Below are positions 25,033 through 36,576 of a stretch of DNA of 64,000 bases, piece after piece. Each line of letters starts with the position of its first letter. The stretch's first letter is position 1. Below the pieces are notes generated by a model. The model was not told where the DNA came from. It worked only from the letters and a program-made list of their open reading frames with translations, and did not search any database. A program made the translations under genes and the position numbers. Source of the stretch: Nemertoderma westbladi (lineage: Eukaryota > Animalia > Xenacoelomorpha); contig JAUCBJ010008890.1 in the NCBI GenBank assembly GCA_032718475.1, positions 62,001-126,000 on the forward strand. Direction: 5' to 3'.

Positions 25033-26488
25033 TATCGTTCGGAGTGGGCGTGTGACTCTATTATTTCATATTATTTTATTATTTTTATATTTATGTATGT
25101 ATTACTATGTAATTTTATTATAATCGTTTTATTTAATTTAGTAGAATATTATTTAGTGATTATTTAGTAGAATAGTGCAATATGTTCGTGTTCATTGCGT
25201 ACGTAATTACTTATATTATATTTAGTGCGACGGCGAGAAATAATTCTTTTTCTCTTTCCTTACTGTCCGTATTATATTATAAATACGTAACTACAGTAAG
25301 ATGAAATGTCCGTACTTATTAAAGTACAATAAAGCCACTACTATATTTAAGTATTATTGGTAGGCAGAGTATTAGGAATGCAAAGTTCAGATCCTCGTGT
25401 CTCGGCTAAACCAAGCTCTGGGTAGACCTTGGAAACGACTTGCCTCTTCACACTGACATTGCTTCGTGCGATATTGCTCTCATACCGTATATTAAATAAT
25501 ACATATAGTAGCGTGATGTCCCTTTAACAGTAGCGTATAACGCAAAATGAATCTGTTAAACCCTTTGACCATCTGTAATTCTAGTCGATTAAGATATCGC
25601 GGCACCCACCGATATACTTGAAAGACAAATTCTAGAATCAGTGGTTAACGTCCCCAGACAAGTTCTGGAATAAATCGGTGCCCATCTCAAATATTAATTA
25701 TTTAATATTTGCAAATCTAATAAGTCAAAATCTGTAAAATTCAGATCCTTCAACAATTCTAGTCAATTAAGATATCGTAGCATTTACCGATATTCTTAAA
25801 AGGACAATTTTCATAGAATTAAGGATCTTGTGTCCCCAGACATGTTCTAGAATCAAAATATGTCAATTTAATTATCAAATAATAAAATTTCAGGGAATAA
25901 ATTTAAATTCATGCCTTTTAATGAATTTAATAAATTGCCATTTTTACGCAATTTATAACATTCCCAAAATTCCATTAATTAATAGATCAAGGGAGCGGAG
26001 ATTTATCTTATTATGCATATGAGTGTGCGAAAGTCTCCCAAACATAGTCAATAGCCGATAAAATTTGTAAAGTCATGTATAAAACAGAACATTGACTATT
26101 AAAGAATACTATTAAATAACATCCCAGATCTGTATGCATTAGAATTACCCTAATTCTACCGCTAGCTTTGCATAATGTCACCATAGCAACAACCACGCTA
26201 GAATTAGAATTGAGTTAAAAGAACAATAGAAAGCTTGTCCCATTGAATAGCATAGGGAATAAATAGCGCACTACTAGTATCCAAGGATACATAATAATAC
26301 AGTGACATTCTGGAAGGCATTGACTAACAGACAAATGGCCCGAATGTGCGTAGTTGTGACCAGTTGTGTGGTATTTGTGAGTTTATAGGTGAATGTTACT
26401 GCTAAAGTGTGTTTACAGTAGCTAGTCGCAATCGTAAAAGTAACCTAACTCTCCAAGGAAAACCTGAAGTACATCTAAGCCTTTGGGA

Positions 26489-26596
26489 CGGACAGTTGAG
26501 TGACTTGTGCCGGTTATCGTTGTCGTTGTACGGCTACGTCGTTGGCGAAAGTATAGCGACAGCGGTACATCGGCGCTGAGAATCTCATACTGTCCG
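26489..26596 (+). promoter_or_regulatory. Conserved long RNA stem-loop upstream of ORF3
   Basis: Nested helices including a 16-bp stem (26516-26531 with 26551-26566, using G-U pairs); compensatory changes in element 2 (49540-49648). Confidence 0.65.
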
Positions 26597-26682
26597 GGGG
26601 CAAGGGAGAAGTAGGCAGCGACGCCCGCTCGCCTAATACATATATAAACTCATTATAATATTGGTGAACTCGTATAGCAGAT

Positions 26683-29600
26683 ATGACTGAATTAATAGAA
26701 GATGATCTTGGTATCAGGGAGAGATATATTCTACCTTTACAAGCGTTTGTCGATAGCTTGATACGCGGCGACGCTGATCCAACTACTACGGAGGACGATG
26801 GTCGTTATATCGAACCGCCAATGTCCCAGGAGCAACTTACGCGTGAATTGGACTATAGAAAATTCACTGCTCGTTATACGCATCGTAATGGTACGTATAT
26901 GGACTTCTTGACTACTGGTCATCCTATTGATTTACACGACACCGACGATGTCGATACCGAAAGGGAAATGGTTTTATTTAAATATCATACCCAGCGGAGT
27001 CGAAACGACAAATCGAGAATAGAACACGAGAACTCTATTCGAAACAAACTCGAAAGAGAAGACGTTGAAGAACCTGATAAACGTAGCGGCTTCAACGAAT
27101 ATCTAGAATTTCTAAGAGAGACCTATCTCAATGTTGCCAGTCAACAAAACCTCGAAACTCGATATCCCCAAGGTATACATCCAGATCCTATGATGGAACT
27201 CAAACGGCTCTATTTTACGATGATGTATCTTACCGCCGATCGACCACTACCTGTCGTTCCAGATAGCTTCGAACAGATGGAGGAATATTGTAAAACTGGA
27301 GAGCGATCACCCGCGTTTCCCCTTCAAGACATGCGTCTTTGGTATTACTGTGACGAATGCCCTAGACCTAACCAGCAGATCGAAAGGCATAAACATCCGC
27401 GGAGACGTTGCGCTAAACACAGTTTTACGCGATATACTTATGGGAGTTTCGAGCGAAACCTTTTCGACGTATCACCTACGGTCGCGCGCCTTAAACGATC
27501 ATTGAACAAACCCATGATCAGAGTTCCGGAATACTCGGTCAGACCTCCTCATTCCCAAGTGCTACCTCAAACTCTCGATCCTAATAGTATTACGGATCCT
27601 CCCGAGCTATACTCACTGTTCAAAGATCTAGTGTTACCTGAACAGTTGATTGGTGGCACTCCGGTAGTGGGTTCGTTAGATATTCGCCAACCTTACCTCG
27701 CTGGACTAGGACGCGGTCATCTAATATCACCGTTTAACCCCTACAACCGTCCTGGCCTCCCTCCTATCCAACCTGCAACAGAAGTCGAAGAGAGCGTGAT
27801 ACGAAATGCATTGGACGCTATTCGGCAGAAAATCGGAAAGGGAACTTACGATTGCTTGGAGAAACGTAAATTGCAACAACAAGTCCAAGCGGTGAAAGAA
27901 CTAGCTTTACCCCAGTTCGATAGAGAAATACAAAATCTAGAGGAGGACATCGAACGTGGATGAACCTACTCTTTACAGGAATTCCTGGACGAGCGCTTGC
28001 AACAACAAGCGGAGGAAAATCAGCTCGAGGAGAGACATATAGAGCTGACTGAGAGGGAAGAAGCAGCTTTAGCCCAACCAGAAGCTCAAATTCTCGTGAC
28101 GGATCTCTATTCCAAAACGATTCTCCACCCCTCGATGGTTCCTCATTTTAAAGACAAGCTCTTTGCTACGGTACAGCCTCAACCGGTTAACACCGATCTC
28201 AGATCTCAAGAGCTCGTTGCTGACTCTCCCATGCTACAACGTCCACCCGTCGAGGCTGCTCGTGTCGATGGCGTACTTGTTGAGCCTCCGGACAATAGAG
28301 CGGATCTTGTCCGTCGCATGGTACACGATGTTAACATACGCGCTAGACCTTTGCCGGACTCATTTTATGGAATTAAGGATCATCCTTATTACGTCAATTT
28401 AAAGCAATATTACATGGTAAAACCAGAAGATCCTACGCATAGTCTGAAGTTTCTACCATTGATCAATCCTCTCGACCTCGTCGAACTCGAACAACTACAA
28501 AAACATCTAGATCAGCTAGTTAAACTAAACTCATTTCGAAAACTGTATAATATTTCCAGAATAGAGAAAGAAATATTACCTCCGTACAATCTTGATGGAT
28601 TCATTAAAACTCGATTGGTACACTGGAATCTTGACGTGTTATTCGAGGAAGAAAGAATAAAACGATATGGAGATGTGGAAACCTATACTACACAATGCTT
28701 AAAGTATAGAGATTTACCCAATGCTAGCGAATGCGCTACTTTGTGGCATCCAGTGGGAATGACTCTCGAAAACGCCACTAAAGAATGGAACGAGACTCTT
28801 AACGTTATCGAGATGTATGGCATTGTTACTTATGACAACGAAGGTAGCGTTCCGGTGGGAGAACTAGGAACTACGCGAATGATACATATACGAGGACTCG
28901 CTGGTTCTACCCACGTATTCACTCGAGCGTGTTCCGACGTGATCGATTATTCTTTTGAAACCCTTACAGAGACACAAAAGAAACTTCGACATGGACAATT
29001 CGAGCTCGCGCAGCGTTACGTCACTGACACCGAGCGCAAACCGGCCATGGGTATCGACGGATCAATGCTACCCCAACCCGTGCTCGAAATGTTGTTTAAC
29101 GAAAGAATCCTAAAAATCGGCTCAGCTGTTTATGGAGATCTCCAAAACGACTTCCGGAATATGGAAAACATTCCATACCCTTTCGTTGATACTCAGCTGA
29201 TTGCTCCTTGGGCCGAAGGCCGAGGTTTCTTTCGCACTATGTATGCCAATACACCCAGCGACATTACTAAGGTACAACGGACATCCATCGGACATCTTGC
29301 CTTTCAAGAATATGGATGGAACTTCAAGGTTGGAAATCCTATCAATTACCAGCAGGTATATGGAGATCATTACTCTCGTTTATATTTTGATGGACCATTA
29401 ACTGCGCCTGGTGCCGTATATAGCTTTATGAGTGTTCCACTTCGCCCTTCCTTAGCTATATACACGATCCTTGAAAACGCAGCACTTGCCGGTTGGCTAG
29501 CCGATGTGTGCAGTCGTACCATACGCGCTCACCCATTAATACTTGGGACTAAACTCGCCAAGTTAGACGAACACAATAAGTTCATACGTTTCGAATGTTT

Positions 29601-30936
29601 CCGGCGCTTTCTGACTCCGTTCCGTAACGTCGATAGTCAGTTCAAGGACCGCGCGCTGACCAAACTCAGTCTGAGAGACTCAGCTGCGGAGAAACTGAGT
29701 AGCGCTGGATTTGCCGTGTTTCAAGACGTTTGTATACAGAACTCACATTCATCTGTTATACAAAGACCCCGAATACCTACAGGTTATTCTGTCGTGGAAA
29801 TACAGACAGTGGATCCACTTACTGAGACAGACGCACCCACTTCGTCTATACAGCTGGAGGATGAACCAGTGTGCTTGGAATCAGAAGCGATTCAGCCTAC
29901 AACTTCCCGGAGCAGTGACAATGATTATGTCATAGAGTGGTATCAAGGTCCACAGCGTCTCACAGCGTACGATTATCGACACGCCAACTACGTTTCTCGA
30001 AAACGTTGTCGATTATGCGCATCGAGAGACCACTTCACTCCTCTAGACTCGAGCGTACCTTGTTCCTATTTCCTCGAACAACCGATGATGGAAATATATT
30101 GTGCTTATTGCCGGCTTAATAACTCTCATATATTTGCCGTCTGCCCACAATTTATGACTCAATGTCACTACTGTCAACTTAAAGGACATGAAAGTTACAA
30201 TTGTCCCTTTAATCGCGATTTAGAGAGCGTAGACGAGATGATCACCCTGCGATACATCCGAGCTTGGGAAGCGAACGCAGATTTACATTGCGAATCCCGA
30301 CATCGCTATTACCCTGGACGAGCTTACGAGGGAGTTTACGTGTTCCATCCTTATCTATTCGCGTCGATTGAACAGAAAACACGCGTACCAAGTTACGAGT
30401 TAATGAAGCGTGTTGGTGAGTGTATTTCCACCAAGTTTGTCAGGAAATACCTTAGAAACGTTAACCCTAATGATATAACCACATATCACCTGATCAATTT
30501 TATCCGTCAGGACCCTGAGTATGGCGACATCTTTGTGAACTCGCATCCTGAACTACAGGAAATATCTCGGCGACCATATGAATATCGAACCCGAGAACGC
30601 GAGCTGGAGAGAACCATTAAACCGAGAAAGTTCCTCACCACTCACGGTCCACCCACCGCTAGTGTCCAGACGACCCGTCAAGGACCCGTAGGAGCTGCTG
30701 TCCTGAGACGCGCTCTAAAGGCCGTTAGACCTCGCTCCACTGAGGTTGATATTAATCAACCAGGTACTTCGACCGGCGGGTATACCGATCGTAACCCTGC
30801 ACCTTCTGATGCAATTATATTGCACCCTTCGCCTAGGAGCTACAGCCCTCCTCGTAAAGTGGCTCGCCCCAAAGAGAAAAGGACTCTTGCTAGCTTTAAA
30901 AAACTGCGTAAACGCCGTCCGCGCAAGAAAGACTAA
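26683..30936 (+). CDS. Accessory ORF3 (~1417 codons): Zn motif, coiled coil, DEDDy/WRN-like 3'-5' exonuclease, CCHC-type knuckles, basic tail; one nonsense codon
   Basis: The 426-aa and 979-aa ORFs share a frame; TGA at 27961 is CGA in element 2; motifs VTYDNEG, LPQPVLEMLFNERILKIGSAVYGD, FVDTQ, IYTILEN; CHYCQLKGHESYNC. Confidence 0.75.
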
Positions 30937-31005
30937 CTGTTTAGAGTATTTATGTATATTAGAAATTGTGATTTTGTATATTTTATAGATTTAAATCCCA
31001 TTTTC

Positions 31006-31014
31006 TGGGAGCGG
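31006..31014 (+). promoter_or_regulatory. Short polypurine tract (TGGGAGCGG)
   Basis: Directly precedes the 3' LTR; identical in element 2 (51320-51328). Confidence 0.75.
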
Positions 31015-32203
31015 TGTAAAAGCTTTTGTGGGATAACTGATTCGTTTGCCTTGCTAACCAGTTCCCCCCAGGCGCTAGAATACTCTAAAAAGGGATCTAT
31101 AACTCGAATAGCGCAAGCTACCGGCTGATTGGCTGATTCGCTGTGCGAAGGGATCTGGGCTACGTTTGATTGTCCAACCAGCTTGGGAAAGTTGCCCCCA
31201 AGCCCTGCTTCTGTATCTGCCAATAGGATTTGAGTTGATTTTCATTTCGACCTATCACAGATCTACTGAACTGAATTTTCCTATCTGTATGCTCTTTCTC
31301 TGTGTTGGGTGGAAGCCTTTGTAAATAAGGTTATTCTTATCAGTTTTCAGTGTTGTTGGTCTTTCTTTCCTGAGCCAGGAGAGAACGGCTTGGAAATATT
31401 TTGTGCTTTTCTGTTTTAGTCGAACACTAGTAGGCTTAATTATAAGGACATATATCCGTTATCAAACCAATGAACCAAACAAACAATCTAAACCAAACTG
31501 ATTGTTGCTCTTTCTCTGTGCATACTTTTATATTGTTATACTGCTATTTACTGTCAGTTCTTCATAATATGGTTGACGAATTATTATATTTGGAATAACG
31601 ATAAATAACCCCGAAACCCAATATTCTTGATATACCGAAGGTAAGAGAGAAAGGTTACATATAACGATTGTGACTTATGTTAAAGTGGTTTGAAGTGAAT
31701 CTAATGTTATTTGATAGACCCTACATGAGTCGGTCCGTGTTCCTTTTATATATAACTAAAATCAGTGAAGATCGGCAGATCAGTGTGCAGTATTGTGCAG
31801 CATTGTGTATGAGTGAGCCTGATAACGAAGCATTTCCATATATGTGTGCCATATATGTGAATTATAACTAAGCCATATCGTTGTGAGTAGTTTAAGTCAT
31901 AACTCTGTTTGTATAGATAGAGCGCCACGTCCTAAAGGAACTGTTAATATTTCCCGAAGGTTAATAATATTGTCAGAGATTATATAATACTGTCAGTCGA
32001 ATAATACATTAAGCTTACATAGCAATAAGATTAAGCCGTCGAACCCAATCTCCCGGGTATATCCAGCGGGTGAATGATCGCGCACAGATTGGATTCGACT
32101 AGTGTAGTGAATTAAATACTTGTCATAGGCTAAAAGTGATTTATTATCTAGAAGACATTCTAATTTGGCGGGTTAAACTGCCAAAGGTCTGAAAGCGCGA
32201 ACA
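31015..32203 (+). repeat. 3' LTR of element 1
   Basis: 1189-bp direct repeat of 13448-14636. Confidence 0.97.
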
Positions 32204-33489
32204 CTACTCACTTGTAATCACATGCGTACTGTAGCAGGGTATAGTCACAGATGTAAGAAGTACAAGAGATGGGGTGCGTGTGCCGCAGCCGAGTCGATTC
32301 AGTTCGGTTGACGGTGTATGTGCTAATATTAGAATTTGTAAATGTTACAAACGTAGGTAGTTGGAACTGGATGAAGTTGCAGGTGGGTTAAACCGGAGGA
32401 AGTTACAGTTGGGAGGAACTGGAGGAGTAGGGAAAATAGTGATAATATTAATCAGGGACGATTTTAGTCGCCATATCAGCGAAAATTACATTTAAATATT
32501 TCTATATTTATTCAATAATGATTTTTTTGAAGCTCCATATATTATTATTAGATTACCGCTCCTGCAACTGATACAATTATTAATGTATTACCATCACTAT
32601 ATAAGTCAATAAGTAGGCCTACTGCACCATACTGCTGTATACCATACACTTCGTAGTTAGGTATAGCGCCTGGACCGCTATATAATTCCGAATACAATAA
32701 TTAATGAACAAAACAATAATACTAAATTTACAATGCACAATTAATTTACAGTATACATAGTACGTTAGTAGGTCATTAGATATAAATTTAAAACCTACAC
32801 TGTAAAAATAATAACCCTGTCACCACAAAACTTTCGCACATTTTCTTGCTTATTGACTTTTGAGAATTATACCTGTAACTAATCACGGTGGTGGTGTACT
32901 TATCGATAAAACTAAACGTTTCGCCATAAATATTTCGTGGTGAAACCAAATAACCTGATATAAAGGTTCTGTTTCACATTATATGAAAACGAGTTTTCAC
33001 CTGAATTATTTGACGGGCTCTGAATGTTTCGGATTAAATATTTTGTCCTGAAAATAATATAACCTGGGATAAAGGTTCAGTTTTACATTATATGAAACGA
33101 GTATATAAATGCCCTAGTCGCCCATTTGTGCATTTATTCACACACCCTAACTTTCTATATTATTAGTATATTTTTATTTCTGACTTTAATCAAAGGAAAA
33201 AAATATATTCGATTTCAAGATTTATTGCAAATTAATAACATAAAGAATGCACAACAATTACCGGTATACAAAGTTATTATAACTGAATTCTTTAAAATTA
33301 TTTTATTCAAATTAGAATATAAGATTAAAACATGAACAGTTGTTAAAAAAAACATTGCACTTAAACAAACTACAATAAACAAACACTATCACTGCATATA
33401 TACAGTACATCTACTATCACTAACACTACTCAATAAACTAACTAATTGATACAACTTTAATAATGTAATAACAATAATGTACAGTAGGG

Positions 33490-35880
33490 ATACTCCTAAA
33501 TCCAGTCAGTCTGAATGCACTGTACAGTTTGTTCCGCAAACGTCGTGCTTAAAAATTTCTGTATCGGACACTAACTACGAAGGAGGCGACACGTCAAGAT
33601 ATTGATCTGGAAACAAGTAGATGAAACCAATCGTAAATATAAGAATGTCAGCTACATCCGTGTACAGTTGTAGGCACAGATTTGTTTTCCTTCAACAATA
33701 ACGACAACTTCCTCCATATCTATCATTTGTTGTTGTGGTTGGTGGATAACATTGAATTCCATCGTGTAAAGTTACTGTAGGATAGGTCCTGAGTCCTCTT
33801 GTGTACCACTGACCTGTGCCTCCTAATAAAACAAATGTACAGTACTACTACTACTACTACTACTAGGTCGAGCGAACTCGGACAGTGGAAATGAGATCCT
33901 TCCAGGCTTCCCGATTCTCCATAGTTGTCGCAATTTCGTTTCTCCCAAGTTCAGTATCCCTTTCAAGTTGATTCACGTTGAAAATGTACAGTAAGCATTT
34001 AATATTAGGGAATATTATCCAATCCGTCCGGATATCAAATAATGGAGGCCCTACCGATGAAAGTGCGCGGCATACATATACTCTATTTATGAATTTATTG
34101 TCATATTAACAATTATATTTTCGTTTATTGCCATATTAACAATTATATTTTACATTATATTGTAGGGCCATTTTGTAAAATAGTGCTCCAAAATATATAT
34201 ACAGTAAGTGTACATACTGTAGGCCTTTACTGTATGATGATAAATACTAAAATTTAAATAAAATTAAAAACTAGATAATAAATAGGCCTACACAGTAGAT
34301 GCAAATCATTACATCCAAATCCATGGCAGATTGTGTTGACCTAGTAGTCTCATTCTCATTAGAAAGTGGATGTTGAGATTTAGGTGTAGAATATCGTGCA
34401 TATTTCGATATTACAGCACAACTTTTGAACACTCTACTTTTGTCACTATTTTTAAGACGTTGTTTGAAAATTCCATAGCATAAAATATGGAGGCCTATTG
34501 TATCATCTCTATATTTCTGAGTTGCAAGGGATTTTTTTGGGTTTTTCAAATAAGGTGGAATTTCGGCGGATTTCAAAATTTATGGTTAAGCTAATTTTTC
34601 ATTTTTAAACAAACTGAACTTAGCGGACAAGTAAGTATAACTGTCGAATCGAAAAACTCCGACACCCCAACCAAGACTTGAGTAAGTTGACTGTTGAGGG
34701 TATTCACTCCACATCAACATAGCCTTCTCATTACTTCTTCTCGATTTCGGGGTAGATACAATGTGGTTAAATTCCACCATTCCAGTTTCCCCTTCAGTTA
34801 TCAAGGAGAATTCGTGAGAAATCTGCAAGATAAATAGGATATCAAACATTCCCAACAAACAATGACATACAAATTAATTAAATAATGTGAAACTAATACA
34901 GTAGGCCTACATAAATAATACCTTTCAATCTAATAAAAATAATACTAAAATTAGCACAGTACACAATATCTAGCTGAAATATAAATATTAAATTATGATG
35001 ATAACTGTAAATCACAATAATGACAATAGTAATATAATTTTGTTATATTATGTCAACTTAACAGCGTTCTGGTGAATTACTCGTAAGGCTGCAAAGTACT
35101 ACTTTGCAGCGTTGCGGCCTATAGGACGGAACGCTGCAAAGTAATCAATGACATGGAAACAACTTCACTTTCCGTATTCCAGAATGTATTATTTACATTT
35201 ACATTAATGCGTGCTGCTTTATTATCCAGTTTGTAGTGACGGAACTAGCTACTGTTTGTAAATTATTGTTTAACGTGTACTATAATCCATTATGTTGAAA
35301 CGTTTAATAGAAGAAACTGAACATGACCAAAGAAAATGGAGACAATGTTCAACAAAACTGAACGGACACAGACGGTGACTCAGTTTGCTTCAGTCGACCA
35401 AAAGTCAACATGGATTAATGATTTATCACATCCATGCAGGAGATTACTTCCAATAAACTTCAATTAGATTTAAATTTAAAATTAATACCGCGTACCTGTT
35501 AATAAATTTCACTTATATTCGATATGGTACATGATTATAATGTTTAAATGAGCATCCATAAAATCCTTTCTTCACATACCGAACGCTAATAAGTTGACAT
35601 AATTTAACAAAATTACATACATCATTGCTTATGCTTGCAAAGGTCACTTTTCAGCGTTAAAGACCCTAGTTTATTTATGAAAACCTCCCTCGCTGCGCTC
35701 GCTCGGTACATAAATAAACTCGGGTCATAACGCTGCAAAGTGCTACTTTGCACACAATGATGTAAATAATTATTACAAACCTCATAATTTTCACGAAAGG
35801 AGGGCCACTTATTATTTACAATATCTTCCAAATACCATTGGTTACATCTCTGTGACTTTCAAAGTATGAGTCGATACTAC
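33490..35880 (-). pseudogene. Degraded multi-exon ORF resembling SAMD3-like accessory proteins of CMC/EnSpm-type transposons
   Basis: A GT-AG intron (35780-34823) joins EDIVNNKWPSFRENYE to ISHEFSLITEG (WP...I..EF..IT pattern); downstream VVVIVEGKQIC segment; stops and frameshifts present; family recognised from memory only. Confidence 0.4.
33845..33981 (-). mobile_element. Very short 5'-truncated RTE family A copy with 12-bp TSD
   Basis: Nearly identical to 1213-1332; (TAG)n tail; AAATGTACAGTA at 33833-33844 and 33982-33993. Confidence 0.9.
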
Positions 35881-36576
35881 AAGCTGTGGTAGTGAAGGCA
35901 GTTGGCCTACAGTATAGTTAGGAGCCCGCTCGACAGGCGGGATACTTACTGTAAGAATCTCAGGGATACTTACTGTAAAAATCTCAGGATACATTACACT
36001 GACTGACTGACTGACTGATAATTATCTAGGTTCAGGCACTTCCTGCCTGGCGATTTTGTTGAAATTTTACAAGTAAATTGCTTTGGTGGTTCATAATCGC
36101 GTTTCAAAATATCAGATCAATTCAATGTGTGGTATTCGATATATTTCGTTTTTTTGAAATTCTTTTGTCGCGAAATTAAAAGCAATGGTAAAGTAACAAC
36201 TCCTTCCTGAGCTGCTGCAGCAGCTAGCTGTGTAGGAATGGTTGAGTGCAGGGCTGCCTGAGATAGAATTCCATCAAGGCAGAATTTCTAGACTACACCC
36301 CTCCTGCTGCTGGCTGCTGGCTGAGTCTACACATCCTTTATCAGCTCTCAGGGATAGGCAGAAAATAGTTGAGTTGTCAATAAACAAAATAAAATATACC
36401 ACTGCAGTACAATTATATTATTATTCCACGAATCATTGGGCTGATTATTTTGTATAGGATATATGTAGAACGTTCTTAAAAATAATATTCTTATTTTTAT
36501 TATTACATAGGATTAGCATCATTTTTTAGCTGAAGCATTAATAGTGTAAATTAATTTAATTATATTTTAATACCAT

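Larger units (their letters stand above)
13448..32203 (+). mobile_element. Full-length giant BEL/Pao LTR retrotransposon, element 1 (18,756 bp)
   Basis: Two 1189-bp TG...CA LTRs, TSD CTACT (13443-13447 and 32204-32208), purine tract before the 3' LTR, gag-PR-RT-RH-IN order, extra ORF3. Confidence 0.97.

Noticed and set aside
26683-30936. ORF3 as an envelope gene
   Set aside because: No signal peptide, transmembrane anchor or fusion-protein pattern; nuclease and zinc-knuckle motifs instead
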